Below, piece by piece: positions 29,037 to 44,000 of a stretch of DNA of 64,000 nucleotides (its first letter is position 1; each line of letters begins with the position of its first letter). Both the position numbers and the translations under genes were made by a program. Where the stretch lies: contig OX442314.1 of the NCBI GenBank assembly GCA_949358305.1, forward strand, positions 16,988,001-17,052,000. The letters run 5' to 3'. The stretch is from Strigamia acuminata (Eukaryota). The notes beneath the pieces were generated by a model that made no database searches, was not told the DNA's origin, and saw nothing but the letters and a program-made list of their open reading frames with translations.

Positions 29037-32000
29037 ATGCTTGAAGGCCTTGCTGCTTGGGTCTTAAATAATTACTTAGGACAATATTTGGAAAACTTAA
29101 ATACTGATCAGTTATCAGTTGGATTTTTACAAGGTTTGTTTGTTCATCAATGCCATTCGTTTGCCTTAGTTTAGTCACGTGTTTACAAAATCTTTTGAGT
29201 ACAGGTGAAGTTGAATTAGAGAACATCCCTTTAAGGAAAGATGCTCTAATAAATTTGGATTTGCCGGTTGAAGTTCGTGCAGGTAAATTTAAGCTATAGT
29301 TGAATTTTTCAGATGTTTCTTATATTTTATTTTTGTAGGTTTCGTTGGAAAAATCAAACTTCGAATTCCAGTTAGGAGAATACGTAGTGAACCATGGGTG
29401 ATTTCGATCGAAAAATTGTATTTAGTTGCTGGTCCGATTCGTCCAACGACGGTATACACAACTTAGTAAATATGTAGTCAATTTTTAAAACAAATTTGGA
29501 TATTAATAGTACGATGGATCGCAAGAAGAACAATTAGATCAAGAAAGAAAATTGTCTCGGTTGGACGCCATCGAAGCTAAATGGAGAGTAAGCCTAAATT
29601 TCAAAATTGAAACTCAGAAATTTAGAAGTTTTATTTATTAATAGGCTGATCATGACTCGAAACAAGAAGCGTCTTATTACGCGTCGTCCTACTCCTCGTG
29701 GCTTTCGTACGGAACTTCGTTTGTTGCAAACATAATCGAAAATATTCAAGTAAAAATAAACGACGTGCACCTGCGCTATGAAGATGAGATAACCAATCCA
29801 AATCAATCATTTGCTTGGGGAATTACGATCGAGTCACTCTCCGTACAAAGTGCTAATGAAATATGGGTAAAAGAAAAATCGGATTTTGTGATGTATTTAA
29901 TTTACCACGAGTTAATTTTGTTTTAGTCGGCAAAATTCACCAGTCGAGATGTTAACCAAGTTGCGAGAAAACTTATTGAGCTGCAAAATCTCGCTTTTTA
30001 TTGGGATACACAAACAACAATTATTAGTGATTTACCATTGGCGGAGCTAGCGGTAATAAAAACAAAATGCCACAGATCTTGTGGAATGTGGATATAATAA
30101 ATTTGGATTGAATTAATTTTAGGTGGCAATGAAACATTTACCATCAAGTGACGGACAGGGTCAGGATCACGAATACGTTCTAGAGCCTGTGAGTGCTAGA
30201 GCAAGACTCACTCAGAATTGTTCGTCGCAATCGCTACGATTGCGGTCATCGCCACGATTTATGTGTGATATTGAACTGGACAACATCATAGTTTGTCTGA
30301 GACAAACCCAATACCGACAGTGTGTGCAATCGATACGCGAATTGGAACGACTTGATCGGGGGCGGAAATTTCGCAAATGGAAACCCGATATGGGAATTGG
30401 TTTTAAGTATGTTTTTAGCGGTTTATAAAGTGATGATAATAATTAATATTTATAACTTTTGTTTGAAAATGTTTGAAAACAGTCCGAAATTATGGTGGCA
30501 GTTTGCGATCAATGCTCATCTAAATATAATTAAAGAACGTTATGTTAGTCGCAATTGGCCGGAAGCTCTTGAAAGAGCCAGATGTAATGTTTTATACATC
30601 CAAGTTTATACTAATCATTTATTAAATCCCGTGGCACTGTCTGCCCAGTCTAAGGTAAACTAATTATTTCGATAGTGGAGATTTTTTTAAAAATTATTTT
30701 AATGTTTTTTTAATTTTTAGGTTCAAAAAGACAGCATAGAAAACAAACTTACCTTTGAAGAAATTAGAATTCTTCGAGAAATTGCAATTGAAAAACTGCA
30801 ACAGGAAGAGGAAGAGGTAAAAAAAATTGAGTTTGGGGAAATGAGCATAAATTTAATACTGAATTATGTAGGCAAAGAAGCTGAATTCTGATGTTCAAGG
30901 AAACAGCGGAACTGGTTTGCTGCAACGATGGTTTCCACTCTGGACGGGATGGCATTCATCCACTCCAATTCAGCCAACTAAAGCGTCAGATTCTCCAGAA
31001 GACCCCTTCCCTCTAGGTAAATTTTTTATGCTGATTATTATTTATTCTCAGTTTTTATATAATCTTGTTGGTATAATTATAATTTCAGAGGAGGAGTTTT
31101 TGGACGTTCTCAAAGACACTGTGGAAAACAATACACTGCTTCGAAGAGATCTCGTTTTTGCTCAATTAAATTTTCACATGAAACGTGGCACGTTTTCTTT
31201 GTTAGCAACAAAATTTGAATCGTCTTTAGGCACACTATGCGCTGGATCGGACACGTTGAACACGTTATTTGAACTTGAATTTAGTGACGTTCAAACTTGT
31301 GTGGAGTCTCGTCCTCGGTCTAGTTCCTTTATGTTTTCTGTAAAATTAGGTGCTATGTTTATGCGTGATAAAGTTACTGCGGATTCGTTTTTTCCAATGT
31401 TAGTTGCCCCGCATTCCAGGGTAAACAGACATATATTGCTAGAACTAAAGTACTTAATTATAAATTAATTATTTTTCAGGATTCCGCTTACAATCAGAAG
31501 TCACCGTATTACAAATTAGCTTCGCTTTCTGGTTTAGCAGCAAAACCCACCGATGAACAACCACTTTTTGAATTTTTATACGAGAGAAAACCATTTAATT
31601 CGACGGCTGATATAAAACTGCACATCCAGTCTCAGTCTATAGATTTGGTGTACAATCCATCAGCTATTCAATGCTTTTTAGATTTTTTTATTTTGGGTTT
31701 TTCTGCTCGACATTCGGAATTAAAACTCACTTCTGTTGCCAAAACGAGATACGAAGAGTTGAAAAAACAAACCAAATTTGAACTACGTAGAAACTGGAAT
31801 CAGATAATTGAAGGTGATCAAACGTTTTCTCAAAAATGGGACGTACATTTGGACATATATGCTCCTCAAATCATTATTCCCGAGCATTTTACAAACGCGA
31901 ACACAGTATTGGTAAATATTTCTTTGATTTTATTTATTTTTAATTCTCCTTACTTTGATTTAATCATAAGGCAATCGGTTTTAATAGGTGATTTTCGATT

Positions 32001-35000
32001 TCGGCCGATTGCAATTTTCAAACACGTCGTCGAAAGTGTTTAACAAAGCAGAAGAATCATTGGAAAGTGACGACGAAGGTATAAAATTGATGGAGTGCGT
32101 AATTTTTCGAAGTAATACATCAATTTTGTTTTAGATTTTAAAACTCCATGCTCGTCTCCGCCGAATGAAATGTCTTCCCCGGAAAGCGTACATTATTCAG
32201 TAATTGAAAACAAAGAAGCAGCATTGTTAAGTAATTTTGATCTCACTGAAATTTTATTACACAAACGAATGTACGACAGGTAAGAAATAATTATTGTTTA
32301 TAAATAACTAAATTAATTATGGTGCCATTTTATTTTTCTTACGAATAGTTATAATTTAGAATTGTGCAATCTGCAAGTTTTAGTTGCTAGAATGCGAGAT
32401 AATTGGCGTTTCTCCTTGCTACGAGGTTCTGGACACATGCATGTCCTCGACAGATTTAATATAAGCGTTCATTTGGAAAGGTAATTAATATCGGAACGTG
32501 TGCAGAACTCATTACTCACGATCATTTCGTTATTTATTTAGGAGAACTGTTTACACGTCAGACCCTCAGTGGCCAAATGTAACTTTGTGTGGGAGTCTTC
32601 CTAAACTGACAGTACACGTGAATGAATCAAAAGTACGTGTTAAAAATTAATATTTTAATAATTACTACAGAATGTATGTTTTTATTTAGGTTCAAGCGTT
32701 GTGTCATTGCATAAATACACTCACGAAGTTCTCTTGGTTATCCCACGCGAAGGGCTCGCCTGTGTCTGTGGTGTCATCTTACTCCGACACGGCAACGTTG
32801 ATCGAAGAATCGCAACCAGATTTAACGGCTGCAAACATGCCTTCCGAGTCAGTTGCTACGGAGTAAATTGTAAAGCGACTAAGAATTTTAATGTATTTGT
32901 TCCGCACTGCAGAGCAGGGTTGTCAGGAGACGCAAAAACGGATTCTACTGAGACGACAGAAAATTCTCGCCTTCTTTTGATGCAATTTACCATTGATCAC
33001 ATGTCATTGGAAGTTCAAAGCAGAGGACGCAGCATTGCGGAACTACAAGTTACAGGAGTCAAAGTGATGTCTACAAAACGACCTTTCGATGTTTCATTGG
33101 CACTTACCATTCATGGTTTATTGCTTGTGGATGCTATGCAAACTTTCGGTTCTGATTTTGAATTGTTGGTTGCTTCTCACAAACACGTGAGGTAATTACG
33201 TAGATTAATTTACGTATTATCATTTTTTTAATATATATATTTTTTTTAGCATGGATAGTGTAAGCGGTAGCATGAAAGATAGCGAGCCTAATTCACCGTC
33301 GTCTCCGTCTAGTCCTGTCAGTTCTCATGTTGCGTGTTCGCCCAATGCGATAAACAATGCATTATCGAGTCTGCAAGCCAAAGAAAATGTTAGTCCAGCT
33401 GCGCATCGGCGAGGTAAAAGAATAGACTAAATTTTGATTTTTGTCAATCGTTTGGGACTTATTTTTATTTTAGTTTCGCCTCCTGCTTCATCAGCTAGTC
33501 CATATTCTCCTTCGTTCGTATGGCCAGCTTTGCCGTCTGATGCTCAAGATTCTGAGGCACTTATATCGATAGAAGTAATGTTTATAAGTCCTCAGTATAT
33601 GCCCGATGAAAAGGGAACAGAATTGCTTAGAATTGCTAGTGTGCAATTTAATAATTTGGATATAATTGGTAAATAGATAAATATACTATACTGAACATTC
33701 TCAATTTTTTTTTATTTTTTAATTTTTTATAAATCTTCTTTTTCCAGCTAATCAAGAAACTATAATTGAACTAATTGGTTTTTTAAAATTGGTTGTGCCT
33801 GCCAATGGAGATGAAGATAATACAGAAGGTTCTGTTGCATCTCTATCTATTTCGGAAGAGGAAAAGGTATTTTAAAAAAATTATAATTTATGAAAAATTT
33901 ACAAATTAATTTTATAAATTACAGATGAATTGCGAAACGACTACCAGAATAGAAATTAATTTTGATTTTCATCGTTTGAGTGTACTTTTAATGCGAGTAG
34001 TCAGTAATAAGGACAAAAGTTGTTCAGCAAAAAAGGTTGCTACAGCTACTATGAGTGGCGCTCGCATATGGGCATCTTTAGGTGAATCATAAATTAATTC
34101 TACATAAAATGATGCTAAATTTTACTGGTTTTTTTTTGTGCTTTAGGATCCACTGTTAAAATCCAGGGTTCTTTAGGCGGTTTACAAGTATTAGACTTGA
34201 CTCCTGAAGGATCTGTGCATCAAAAGGTGTTAAGTGTAGGACATGATCCGATTTGTAATCGAAACGTTGATCTCGTTAGTCGATTACATGCTGAAGTTTA
34301 CAAGAACTCGAATTCTGGTGAAAAATTCCTATACGATTCCGATCAAAAAGCTTTTAGTTTTATTATATCACAACCGGAATCGAATAACACACCTCGAACA
34401 GCCGCTCAGAAAAAGGAACCTGCCGTTCTGGATGTTATGTTGCGCATGGCATCCGTATGCTACACAAATTCTTCAACATTTTTAAACGAATTTGCATTGT
34501 GCGTTACCGAATTTCAAATTTACATGGCAAATTTAGCCGTATCAATTAAAACGGCTGCGGCGGAAGTGGCATTTGAAATCGTAAGCCGTGGTACCGATGC
34601 TTTATCCTCTTCGATTTACGCCGGCATTTACGAATTACCTTTGGGATCCGGTCGAAGCACCTCTAAATCCTACGAACATATCGAACTGTTTCTTCCAGAA
34701 AAGCAGTCCATCGTTGGCGAAACACAGATAAGGTATAAATGAATAAGTAAATTCAAGTTCAATTGTAAGATTTTCTTGTATTTTATCAACACAGATTAGA
34801 CGTGGTTCTTGAAACTCCCGTCGTAGTATTTCCTCGCACACCTAAAGGCTCTGATATTCTCGTGGCACAACTGGGTCAAATTACGCTGCAAAACTCACAT
34901 CTGATTGACAGTAGCAACTTCGTTCCCATTCGCGGAATGTTTCCTGATATGCCCGCAACTATTTTAGAACGAATCACAGTTGAAATTCGAGATATTAATC

Positions 35001-38000
35001 TGTATTCTATGAGTGTAAACAGTCATTTAAAATCGGTGAATGAAAGCCCGTCAAGAAAGTATTCTTTTCCTACATCGAGACTGCATGGTCTCTATAGCCA
35101 AGTCAGTGAAGCAAAGCCAATTTTACACGATACCTGTATCGAGTTGTTGGTTGACCGAATAGTGTGGGGGAATTCTGAGATGTTTCAGCCAGATTTTTTC
35201 ATTGGAGAAGAAGCAGTTGATGGAAAAGAACGAGTGGAACACGCTTTAAACGTAAGAAAAATAGAGTTGTAATCGAATTTGGTGTGTAATGTTGATTCAC
35301 TTTTCAGATAAGTGGGAAAATTGTTACCCCGCTTAAACTTTCTTTATCCAGACAACAGTATGAACAGGTTTTGGATACATTAGGCACCCTAACATGTGTT
35401 GACGACTCTGATGATTTGGAGAAGAAAGCGTCGGAGGAAGCGTTAATTGAAGAAGAGGTTTGAGCATTTTTTTTGTTTTCTTTCCACAAATATATGAAAT
35501 TAATATTTTTTAGGAAAATGAAATTCACTCATCAATGTCCGCTCTTAAATTGGATTCTATTTTGCCTGTTGAAAAGGAATCAAGAGCTAGCTCATTCGAT
35601 TCAACCAAGAAAACATTTGTCTGGTTTCTAGGCAGTTTTGAAGTTCCTAATTTTAGTGTTGAATTGTGTGGAGACGTGTATGAATCTTTAGTTACACTAT
35701 CTGCTCAAGATTTTGTAGTCAATTTTAAACGCGATAATCCATTTGTTGCGAGTTTACAAGTAAATAATTAGTTTTAACTACTTTTTAATGACTTATAATC
35801 GATTTTTTTTTATGTATAAAGGTTTCATTGCAAGCTTTAGTTGTGGAAGATTTGTTACAAGAAGTTGGTTCCAAACATCGTTGTCTAATGATGTCAACCG
35901 AACCTACAACAGGCAGATACAATCCTCTAGCTCATTTTAAATCTCGTTATATTTCCGCGTCTTGTCCTAATATGACGGATCACGAGCCAGTATTTCTTAT
36001 TCATCAATCTCTTCCCGATAAATTACAACCAGAAAATTTATTTCAGTCGTTCAACAAAGCTAAAGAAAGGCAGTTGTTTGGTATTTGAATGAGAATTAGT
36101 GTTAGTGATGTTTTCATAATTTTGCTCGTTTTTTTTATTAAGGGTCTAGTAATTATCGTCGACAACACAGTCCGTTATCAAATAGAGACAGTTATCCTTG
36201 CACTCCACCACCGTCTCCAACCGCTGAGTATTCCACAACGAATTCTTCACAAGACACGCTCGTGCATATCAATCTGTTACTTGTTGATCAGAAATCGCCG
36301 GAATTTGCAACAAAATACAATTCAGTAGTTTTAAATTAAAAATTTATTTTTATTTGGATTATTTAAATTTTATTATCTTTTTTTTTAGATCAATCGAATA
36401 ATGGATATTGATTTTAACTGCTTGCAAACAGTTGTCAACCTGCAAGTATGGGTTATGATTCTCGACTTTTTTAGTGTCGGCAGTTCATCATCATCTGCAG
36501 GGAACAATACATCTTGTAATTTGTCGCGTCAAAGTAGTGTTACAGACATTAGAAAAACGATGCGTGGTATATAACTAAAATATAAAGTTTCAACTGCATT
36601 TCATAATTTCATAATTCATTTTATAGATCAGAGAAGTGCGATTAATTCGGAAATTGAACTGCAAGTTCGCAGTTTAGTGTTAATTTTAAATAAAACCGAT
36701 TGCGAATTAGCCAAAACCACCGTATCCAATGTCACTGCTCGAATGCTAACAAAAGACGGGGACTTCAGTGTCCATGGAAAATTAGGCAGCATGAGCATAC
36801 AGGACTTAACGTCTCACGGTCACTTATATTTTGATCGCTTTACGACCTGTGGTGAAGAAGCGTTGGATTTTCAATATTTTAGGTTTTAATGTTTGTTTTC
36901 GCCTAACGTCATTATATTTTTAATTGTTTGTATTCTCAGCTATGGAGATAAAGACCCGACGTTAGTGCGGAGTTACGATATGCGTTTGAAAATCAAAATG
37001 TCATCTGTTCGTTACATTCACACGCACAGATTTTACACCGAGATGACAACTTTCTTCCAATATTTCAATCAACTCCAAAATTTAATGGAGCGTTTTCGGG
37101 CGGCTGCTTCTGGAGCAAATGTTAGTCAATTGCAATGACTCTTAGCATTGAAGTAAATATTTTTTTTTTATTTTTTTTTTATTTTAGTTGGAAAGAGATG
37201 AGCACGGATCAAGAATTCTTCTAGATGTCCATGCAGACACACCCGTTATTTTGATTCCCCAGAGCTCAAGCTTTACACAATTACTAGTTATCGAACTGGG
37301 AAAATTGACCATCACAAATTTTTTCAAATTTAGTGGAAACAATCCATCACCGATCGATCCAAAACGGATAAGTGGAAATCTGAACAGTGCTAGTTGTCCA
37401 CAAATCGCGCCAACTATTACTAAAAGAAGCCCGTTTCAGACAGACTCTAGTCCTATGTTTACTCCACGTAATGAAGTGATAATGCACAATGTTTGTTAGA
37501 TAATGACAATTAATCTTTATTTAGCTCACATATGTTTATTGGACGTAATGAACATTGATTTGGTTGACATGGATTTTTATCCAGCTGAACATTTGGAAAG
37601 AAAAATTGCGCAGACAAATAAACAGCCGTCTGATTTAGAGTTTACGAATTTTACAATACGCATCTCGGTAATTCGAATCGAATATAATTTTTTGAACTTA
37701 TTTTTTTGCTAATAATTAGATATTTGTAGGAAGATCCACTGTTAAAACAGAAGTGTAAACTACAGCTTCAAGTAGAACGAAATTTAGATTCTGAAATGAG
37801 CCATGATGGTAAAGCCAGATTGCAAAATACATTATTTTTCTCAACTCCAAATTGCTTTTGTTTATAACTTTCTTTTAGTTCCTGACATTATTGTGCGTGG
37901 TTTGTTGTCCACAATTCATTGCTCTTTGGATTTACCGCGGTATAAATTGATTCGTGGATTGCTGGAGTTTAATTTTGGGGAAAATTTAGAAGACATTGAA

Positions 38001-41000
38001 AGGTCAATGCCATATTATCCAATCCAGACCACTGTTCCGCAGGTGCGGATTGTTTTTGCGTGAAAACATTTTTTATTTCACAATTTAGTTACTGACGTTG
38101 TGTTTTAAATTTTAGTTTGCAAGTGCCGGAGAAGTCTGGATTTGTACATCATTCAATATAGACTTAGAAAATGTTACTTTAGAATTGCTCCAAAACAAGG
38201 CAAAAACTCTGGACGAAGCTGAATTGTCTCTTGCCAAAGTTGACTTTTTAAAATGCCGCTTTATTTATGAACGGTACTCGGACTCATTCAAAAACATCGA
38301 TCTTGTTTCGCAAGAAATTCTGATTTCAGATACGCGATTTCAAGGTATACATGACTTCATTATATTTTTCCAAAATTATATCTATAATAACGTTTCAGAT
38401 TCGCCCGTTAATTCTCGTCCCAATGTTTTTGTAAACATTTTACAACCAATAATTTCTTCGTCACAAAAAAACGTTTTGCAAGCCGAATTCCATTACAGAG
38501 CGACTCGTGATTTTACTCGTTTCACGATTCTGTTAAACACGATGAGAGTAATGGCCATTTTTGATTGGTGGAAAACAATATATGCTTTTATGATGTCTGC
38601 CCCGGAACAACCAACAACAAGTAACTGATTATCCTTTAACTTAAGCAATCGACTATTTATTTTTATTATAAAATTTAGGTGGAAATCCTGTCAAGTCAGC
38701 TCGTCGCCAGATTATATCTAACCAGTACTTAAACCCTCTTACTGTTTCAACCGGTATATTAACAAAAAGGGCGCCTTTAATGGACAAAATTGATGTGCCG
38801 ATGGAGCTAAAAGTAAACATCACTGACACTGAAATCGTCGTAGTAGAAGATGCATCTCTTTGGGATACAAATTCGGTCATTTTGAAAGTATTAATCACTT
38901 TATTAATTTAAATACCAGCATACATTTTTTAATTTTTGATTTGTTAGTCAACAGCTGTTATATCTTACCGGCCGATAATATGCGAAAAACCATTGTCCTG
39001 TAGTTTGCAAAGTTTGGAAGTTTTTTCCTGCATTTTAGGCCTGGAGGAGGACACGGCTTTGTCTATAATTGATCCAGTAACGGTCAATATCGATTTGAAT
39101 GGAAAAGTTCAGTCCACGCCAACGAGTGGTCTATTAGACGCAACTACGATGGATGTCATTCATACGCTAGAGGTTGAAATAAATGAATTCTTATTTAGAA
39201 GTATAATTACTCGTGCAATTTTGTTTGTAGATATCGATGCACACACTCAGTGTCCGGTTATCATATCACGATATTCAAATGTTTTTACAAATTCTCGACT
39301 CGATTCCCCGCCAAGCGAACGTGTCTCTTAAGAAGGAAGCTGAGCGTAAAGCGTGGCCAGTAAACGTTCTAGGTTCAATTAACAACGTCTGGAAAGTTAC
39401 GATTAATTTTTAATACAAATATTTTTGAAATTTTAGAAGCGAATGTAGGGAAATTAGAAGATCTAGGATTCCAGCGTTCAGACTGCATTGCAGCTTACGA
39501 GGCTAGCAATGGCCAGCTCAATGAGGCAGCTCTTTGGTTGACTCAACACGCAATTGCTGCAACTAGTACTCATTTTCAGGTTGGAGCAGACGATAGTAGA
39601 GATGACTATTCAGCCAGTGGTATTCACTTAGGGAGTCTTGAAGTATGTTTAATACGTTAAATGCATCTTTAAATAATGTTTACAATTGAGTTTTTTTTTT
39701 ATAGGTTCGGGTTGCTTGCTTTTGCTTATGTTTAATTGATGATTGCAAAGATGCTGATGTGCCTTTAATTGAATTAACATTATCAGGATTGTACATTCAA
39801 CAAAATTTAAAACTTAATTACGATGCAATTTCGTCATTTGTTTTATCGAGCGATTACTATAACAGAAATTTATCGGGTTGGGAGCCTTTTCTCGAACCGT
39901 GGAGGTAGATATTTTGAAGGGAAATAATTTCTATGTACAATGTACATAAATAAATGTATATTGTCTAGGTGCCAAATTAATTGGGGCGTTAGCATTTCAC
40001 CTGTTGGTAACAATCCCAAATTACAACTTCAAATTGAAGGTAAAATGTGAAATTTTATTTTATTCCGTTTGGTATATTGAATTAGGTGTAATTTTCTTCT
40101 TCTTTGTAGCGAAAGATGTGTTAAATGTTAACATAACTAGTGCCTTGATAGAGTTATATAAAATTGTCAAAACTAATTGGACCGAAGATTATTACAAAAC
40201 GAGTGGAAGAGACAGGAGAAGATCACCATTTGTCCCATTTGCTCTTAAAAACGAAACCGGCTGCGTGCTATGGTTTACTACATTTACAACTACACCGAAC
40301 AAGTACCTGTTTTCTGCTCTTTTAGTTGGCATAAATGTACAATTTTTATTTTGAATCGATCAGGTTAGCGTCAATGGAATGTGACTCGGCTTCAATGAAA
40401 GAAGAAAAATTTGTATGGACCGAAGTGCAATCTGGAACAGTCGTTCCTTTCATTTTTGAAGGCAGAGGGAAATTGAGACATAGGGTATTATTATATTTCC
40501 TTCCACCAAGATTATTAAGAACTCGTGGAACTAATTAATACTGATAATGTGTTAGGATACGCATGAATTAAGAATTCATCAGCTTCTCGTACGAGTTGAC
40601 GGCTGGCAACCAGTTACACCCGTGTCTGTTGACAAAGTGGGAATATTTTTCCGCCATGCCAAACCACAAATTAACCGTACCGCGAGCGTCGTAAGTAGTA
40701 ATAGATCCGAAATAAAACCGATTGCCGACTCTCTTCAATACAACAGTTCGCCGAAGTTCCCCCAGCTAGAGTCGTGTTCGCCGTAACATTAGAAGGCGGA
40801 GCTCAAAAGCTGGTGACGGTGAGGTCTGCACTTTTATTGTGCAATGGATTAGAAGAAACTATCGAAGTGAAACTGGAAAATTCTTTAATCCAGTCAGGTA
40901 TTGTAGTGAGGCAATAAATAGCGAAATGTTTGTCATGTTTGAATTTTTCTTATTAGGCAGTCCTCGATCTCTATTCATCCTTCCTAGCCAAGTTATCCCG

Positions 41001-44000
41001 ATTCCTTTACCATCTGTCTTTTCTTACATGTGGGTTCGGCCTGTGGAGTTCTGGTCAGTGGGTTTCTGCAATCGACCTCTCACTTGGCAAAATGTAACCG
41101 ATCTTGGTAATCATTCGGGCGATATTCACTTATGTCCCGCAAACAGCAGCAGGGAGTTTCTCAACAGTTACAGGTGTGTGCGGGCTTCGTTTCTTCATCT
41201 CTTTGCTTTATTTTGAAACCATGAACGGAATAATTTTTGCAGGGTTTTGTTTTACTGTAATTGGTTGTAATGTAGGAACTCGCAGCTGCTTTTTTAAAAT
41301 TTTAATTTAAGTTTATAGAGCGCTGTAATTGGTATTTGCAAAATTTTCAGACCCAAAAGTCCTATCCAACACTGCTAAAACGTATAAACCTTTTCCATTG
41401 TGGTGTGGGTGGGCTAAAGGGTTGGCGCAGCGGAATGGGTGCCAGTGGGGGTTCAGCGATCAACCCTTGCAGTGGTGCCGTGCAAGGCTGTCGGGTGAGA
41501 CACGTCACGAGACGCGCCTGTGTACTTTAATGATTTCTCAGATATGCGATCCTTACAGGTACAAAATAAATTGTAATAACTGTGTAATAACTGCGGTGAC
41601 AATTCCGGAGTGTTTGTGTTTTGAATTAAAATTTGTGTTGTTTATTAATTTGCAGATTTTGCGTCTGCATTAAGCGGGAGAAATTTCCTCCGGACAAAAC
41701 AATACTTCCGCCTGGTACGGCGAATAATTTGAATCCATCTTTTATTCAGCCTGCTCATACAATAACACTTCTACCACCTGTGGTGTTGGTCAATTTGCTT
41801 CCGTACGATTTGACTTATGAGATTTGTAAAATGCCGATCAAAGGTTGCGTTCATTCTGGCCGAGAGACAACGATACACACAGTACGATGCTTGTGCCGAT
41901 TGTAATCGCTAATTAATTGTGCATTGAAATTTTGCTATTTTAGGTGGACGTTACTAATACGTTGCATTTGAAATTATCGTTTGAAAACTTCAATGAGTGC
42001 GAGCCTCTTGTGATTACACCGGGAAGTTCGAACTACGTTCTATACATGCAGATGTTCGATACCTCAAAACGTCTTCTCTTACTTCGTGTCAAAGTGCTTC
42101 TCCGCAAAGGTGTATCATTGAAGGTAAAGTTATTCGAGGCTGTAGACAACGGTATTTTAATATTTATTTATTTATATACGTTTCAGTTAATGGTATCAGC
42201 TCCTTATTGGCTGGTCAACAAGTCGGGTCTTCCTTTGATTTTCCGTCAGGATGGAGCTCAAATCGATGCTGCCGGTCAATTCGACGAGCATGAAATGGCT
42301 CGTAGTGTAGCCCCACTCTTATTCTCTTTTGCAGATAGAGACGCACCACCCATGTAATTATTATTTTTCAGTAATGAATACTTGATTTCAGTTCTTTCTG
42401 TAGGTGCATTATTCGAATTGGTACGTCCGTGCATCTCGATGGTCACGCAAATTGGTGCCATAGGTTTCATTTAGAAAAAGGTGTTCGGGTTAGGCGTCTT
42501 CGAGTGTCTTATTACGACAACCGACCTGAGAGGTAACGGACTCTTTGTCGTTATTATTTTTAATGATGAGATGGCTTGAAATTCATTGTTTTTTTTTAGG
42601 GTGTATAATATCGGTATTGATGTTCGGGTTGGGATAGGACGTTATAGAGAAACTCATATTGTCACGTTGTCACCAAGATTTCAATTGGATAATCGGACGA
42701 GTTATAAACTAGAGTTCGCGCAGAAACACGCGACAATTAATGAGGTTATGTCAATTTGATTTTTTAAATTGTTTTATTTATTACAACGAAATTATTATAC
42801 AATAGAATGAAAATCGATTTCACTTGTCGTCCACGCCCAATTGCACTTTACCATTTCATTGGCCGCGGTTGGACTTGGACTTGTTTTTGTGCGTGCGCCG
42901 GATGGATTTATCAAATAGCCACTGGTCCGGGGGTTTTCCCATTGAGAAAATCGATTCTTTTCACATAAATATGAGGTGAAACATTAACTAGAAATACGGC
43001 GTACAAAGTGCAATTAATTTGGAACTCTCTTTTTCTATAATAATAGAGACGAACATGGAAAATCTCAATTTTTACGCGTAGACATAGCGTTACAAGGAGC
43101 AACATATTTTGTAGTTTTTACAAATGCGGAGAAAATGCCCGCTCCTTATCGCATAGACAATTTGTCCGAAGTACCAATCAGCTATTATCAGTCTGGTGTT
43201 CCTGAAGAACGGCTTCGTACATGTGTGCGAGCACATTCCAGTCGTAAATATTACTAACTTGATGAGGGAGAAATTGAAATTACATTTTTATTTTATTGTA
43301 GATCCATATGCTTGGGATGAGCCAACATTACAGCAATTTATAACGTGCTGCGCTCCTGGTGGCAGTAGTGCAGTGTACGACTTGAATATTTTGGGAGATG
43401 GCAAACAGTTAACTTACGAAAACTTCATCTACATAGCATTTACGCATACATTTAACGAGTATGTTAAAATCTTTAACATTAATAATTTTATTCTTATTAA
43501 ATTTTTATTGAAAATAGGCAATATTCAGCTATTAATGCGATGTCAGACTGCAAAAATAAAGATTTAGTTTTGGATGTTCCGTTTGGAAATCGAGTAGTTT
43601 TATGCCAGAAGGTCAGTTTGAATTTTTAAATTTATTTAAAAAGTAAATATCGAATTTTAATTTGTATTAAAGGAACCAGGAAAGAGATCTCAGTTGTGGC
43701 GCATGACTAGTACTGGATTGCTTCAACACGAAGGATCGAGTCCACCGAGAGATCCAAGAAAACGATCCGCTAATAACACCTTTCTGACATTAGACATCGC
43801 AGATTTAAGCGCACAAACGAATGATTTAACACCCCTTTCGTTGAGGAAAGTTGAAGCTCGGCGCCGAGCAACACAAACTTGGAAGTTTACCGATGACGGG
43901 TGTTTATGTTGCGAGTGGAATTCATTTCATGTTCAGGTTTTACCTGGACGTCTGCATGCGGGTACGAATTAATGAATTCTTTGTCAAGTTATAACGGATT

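Noticed and set aside
41390..41525. GC-rich intronic island with a CCTTGCA/TGCAAGG hairpin, first considered a 7SK/MRP-like RNA
   Set aside because: Lacks the conserved boxes and is better explained as alternative VPS13D exon b.
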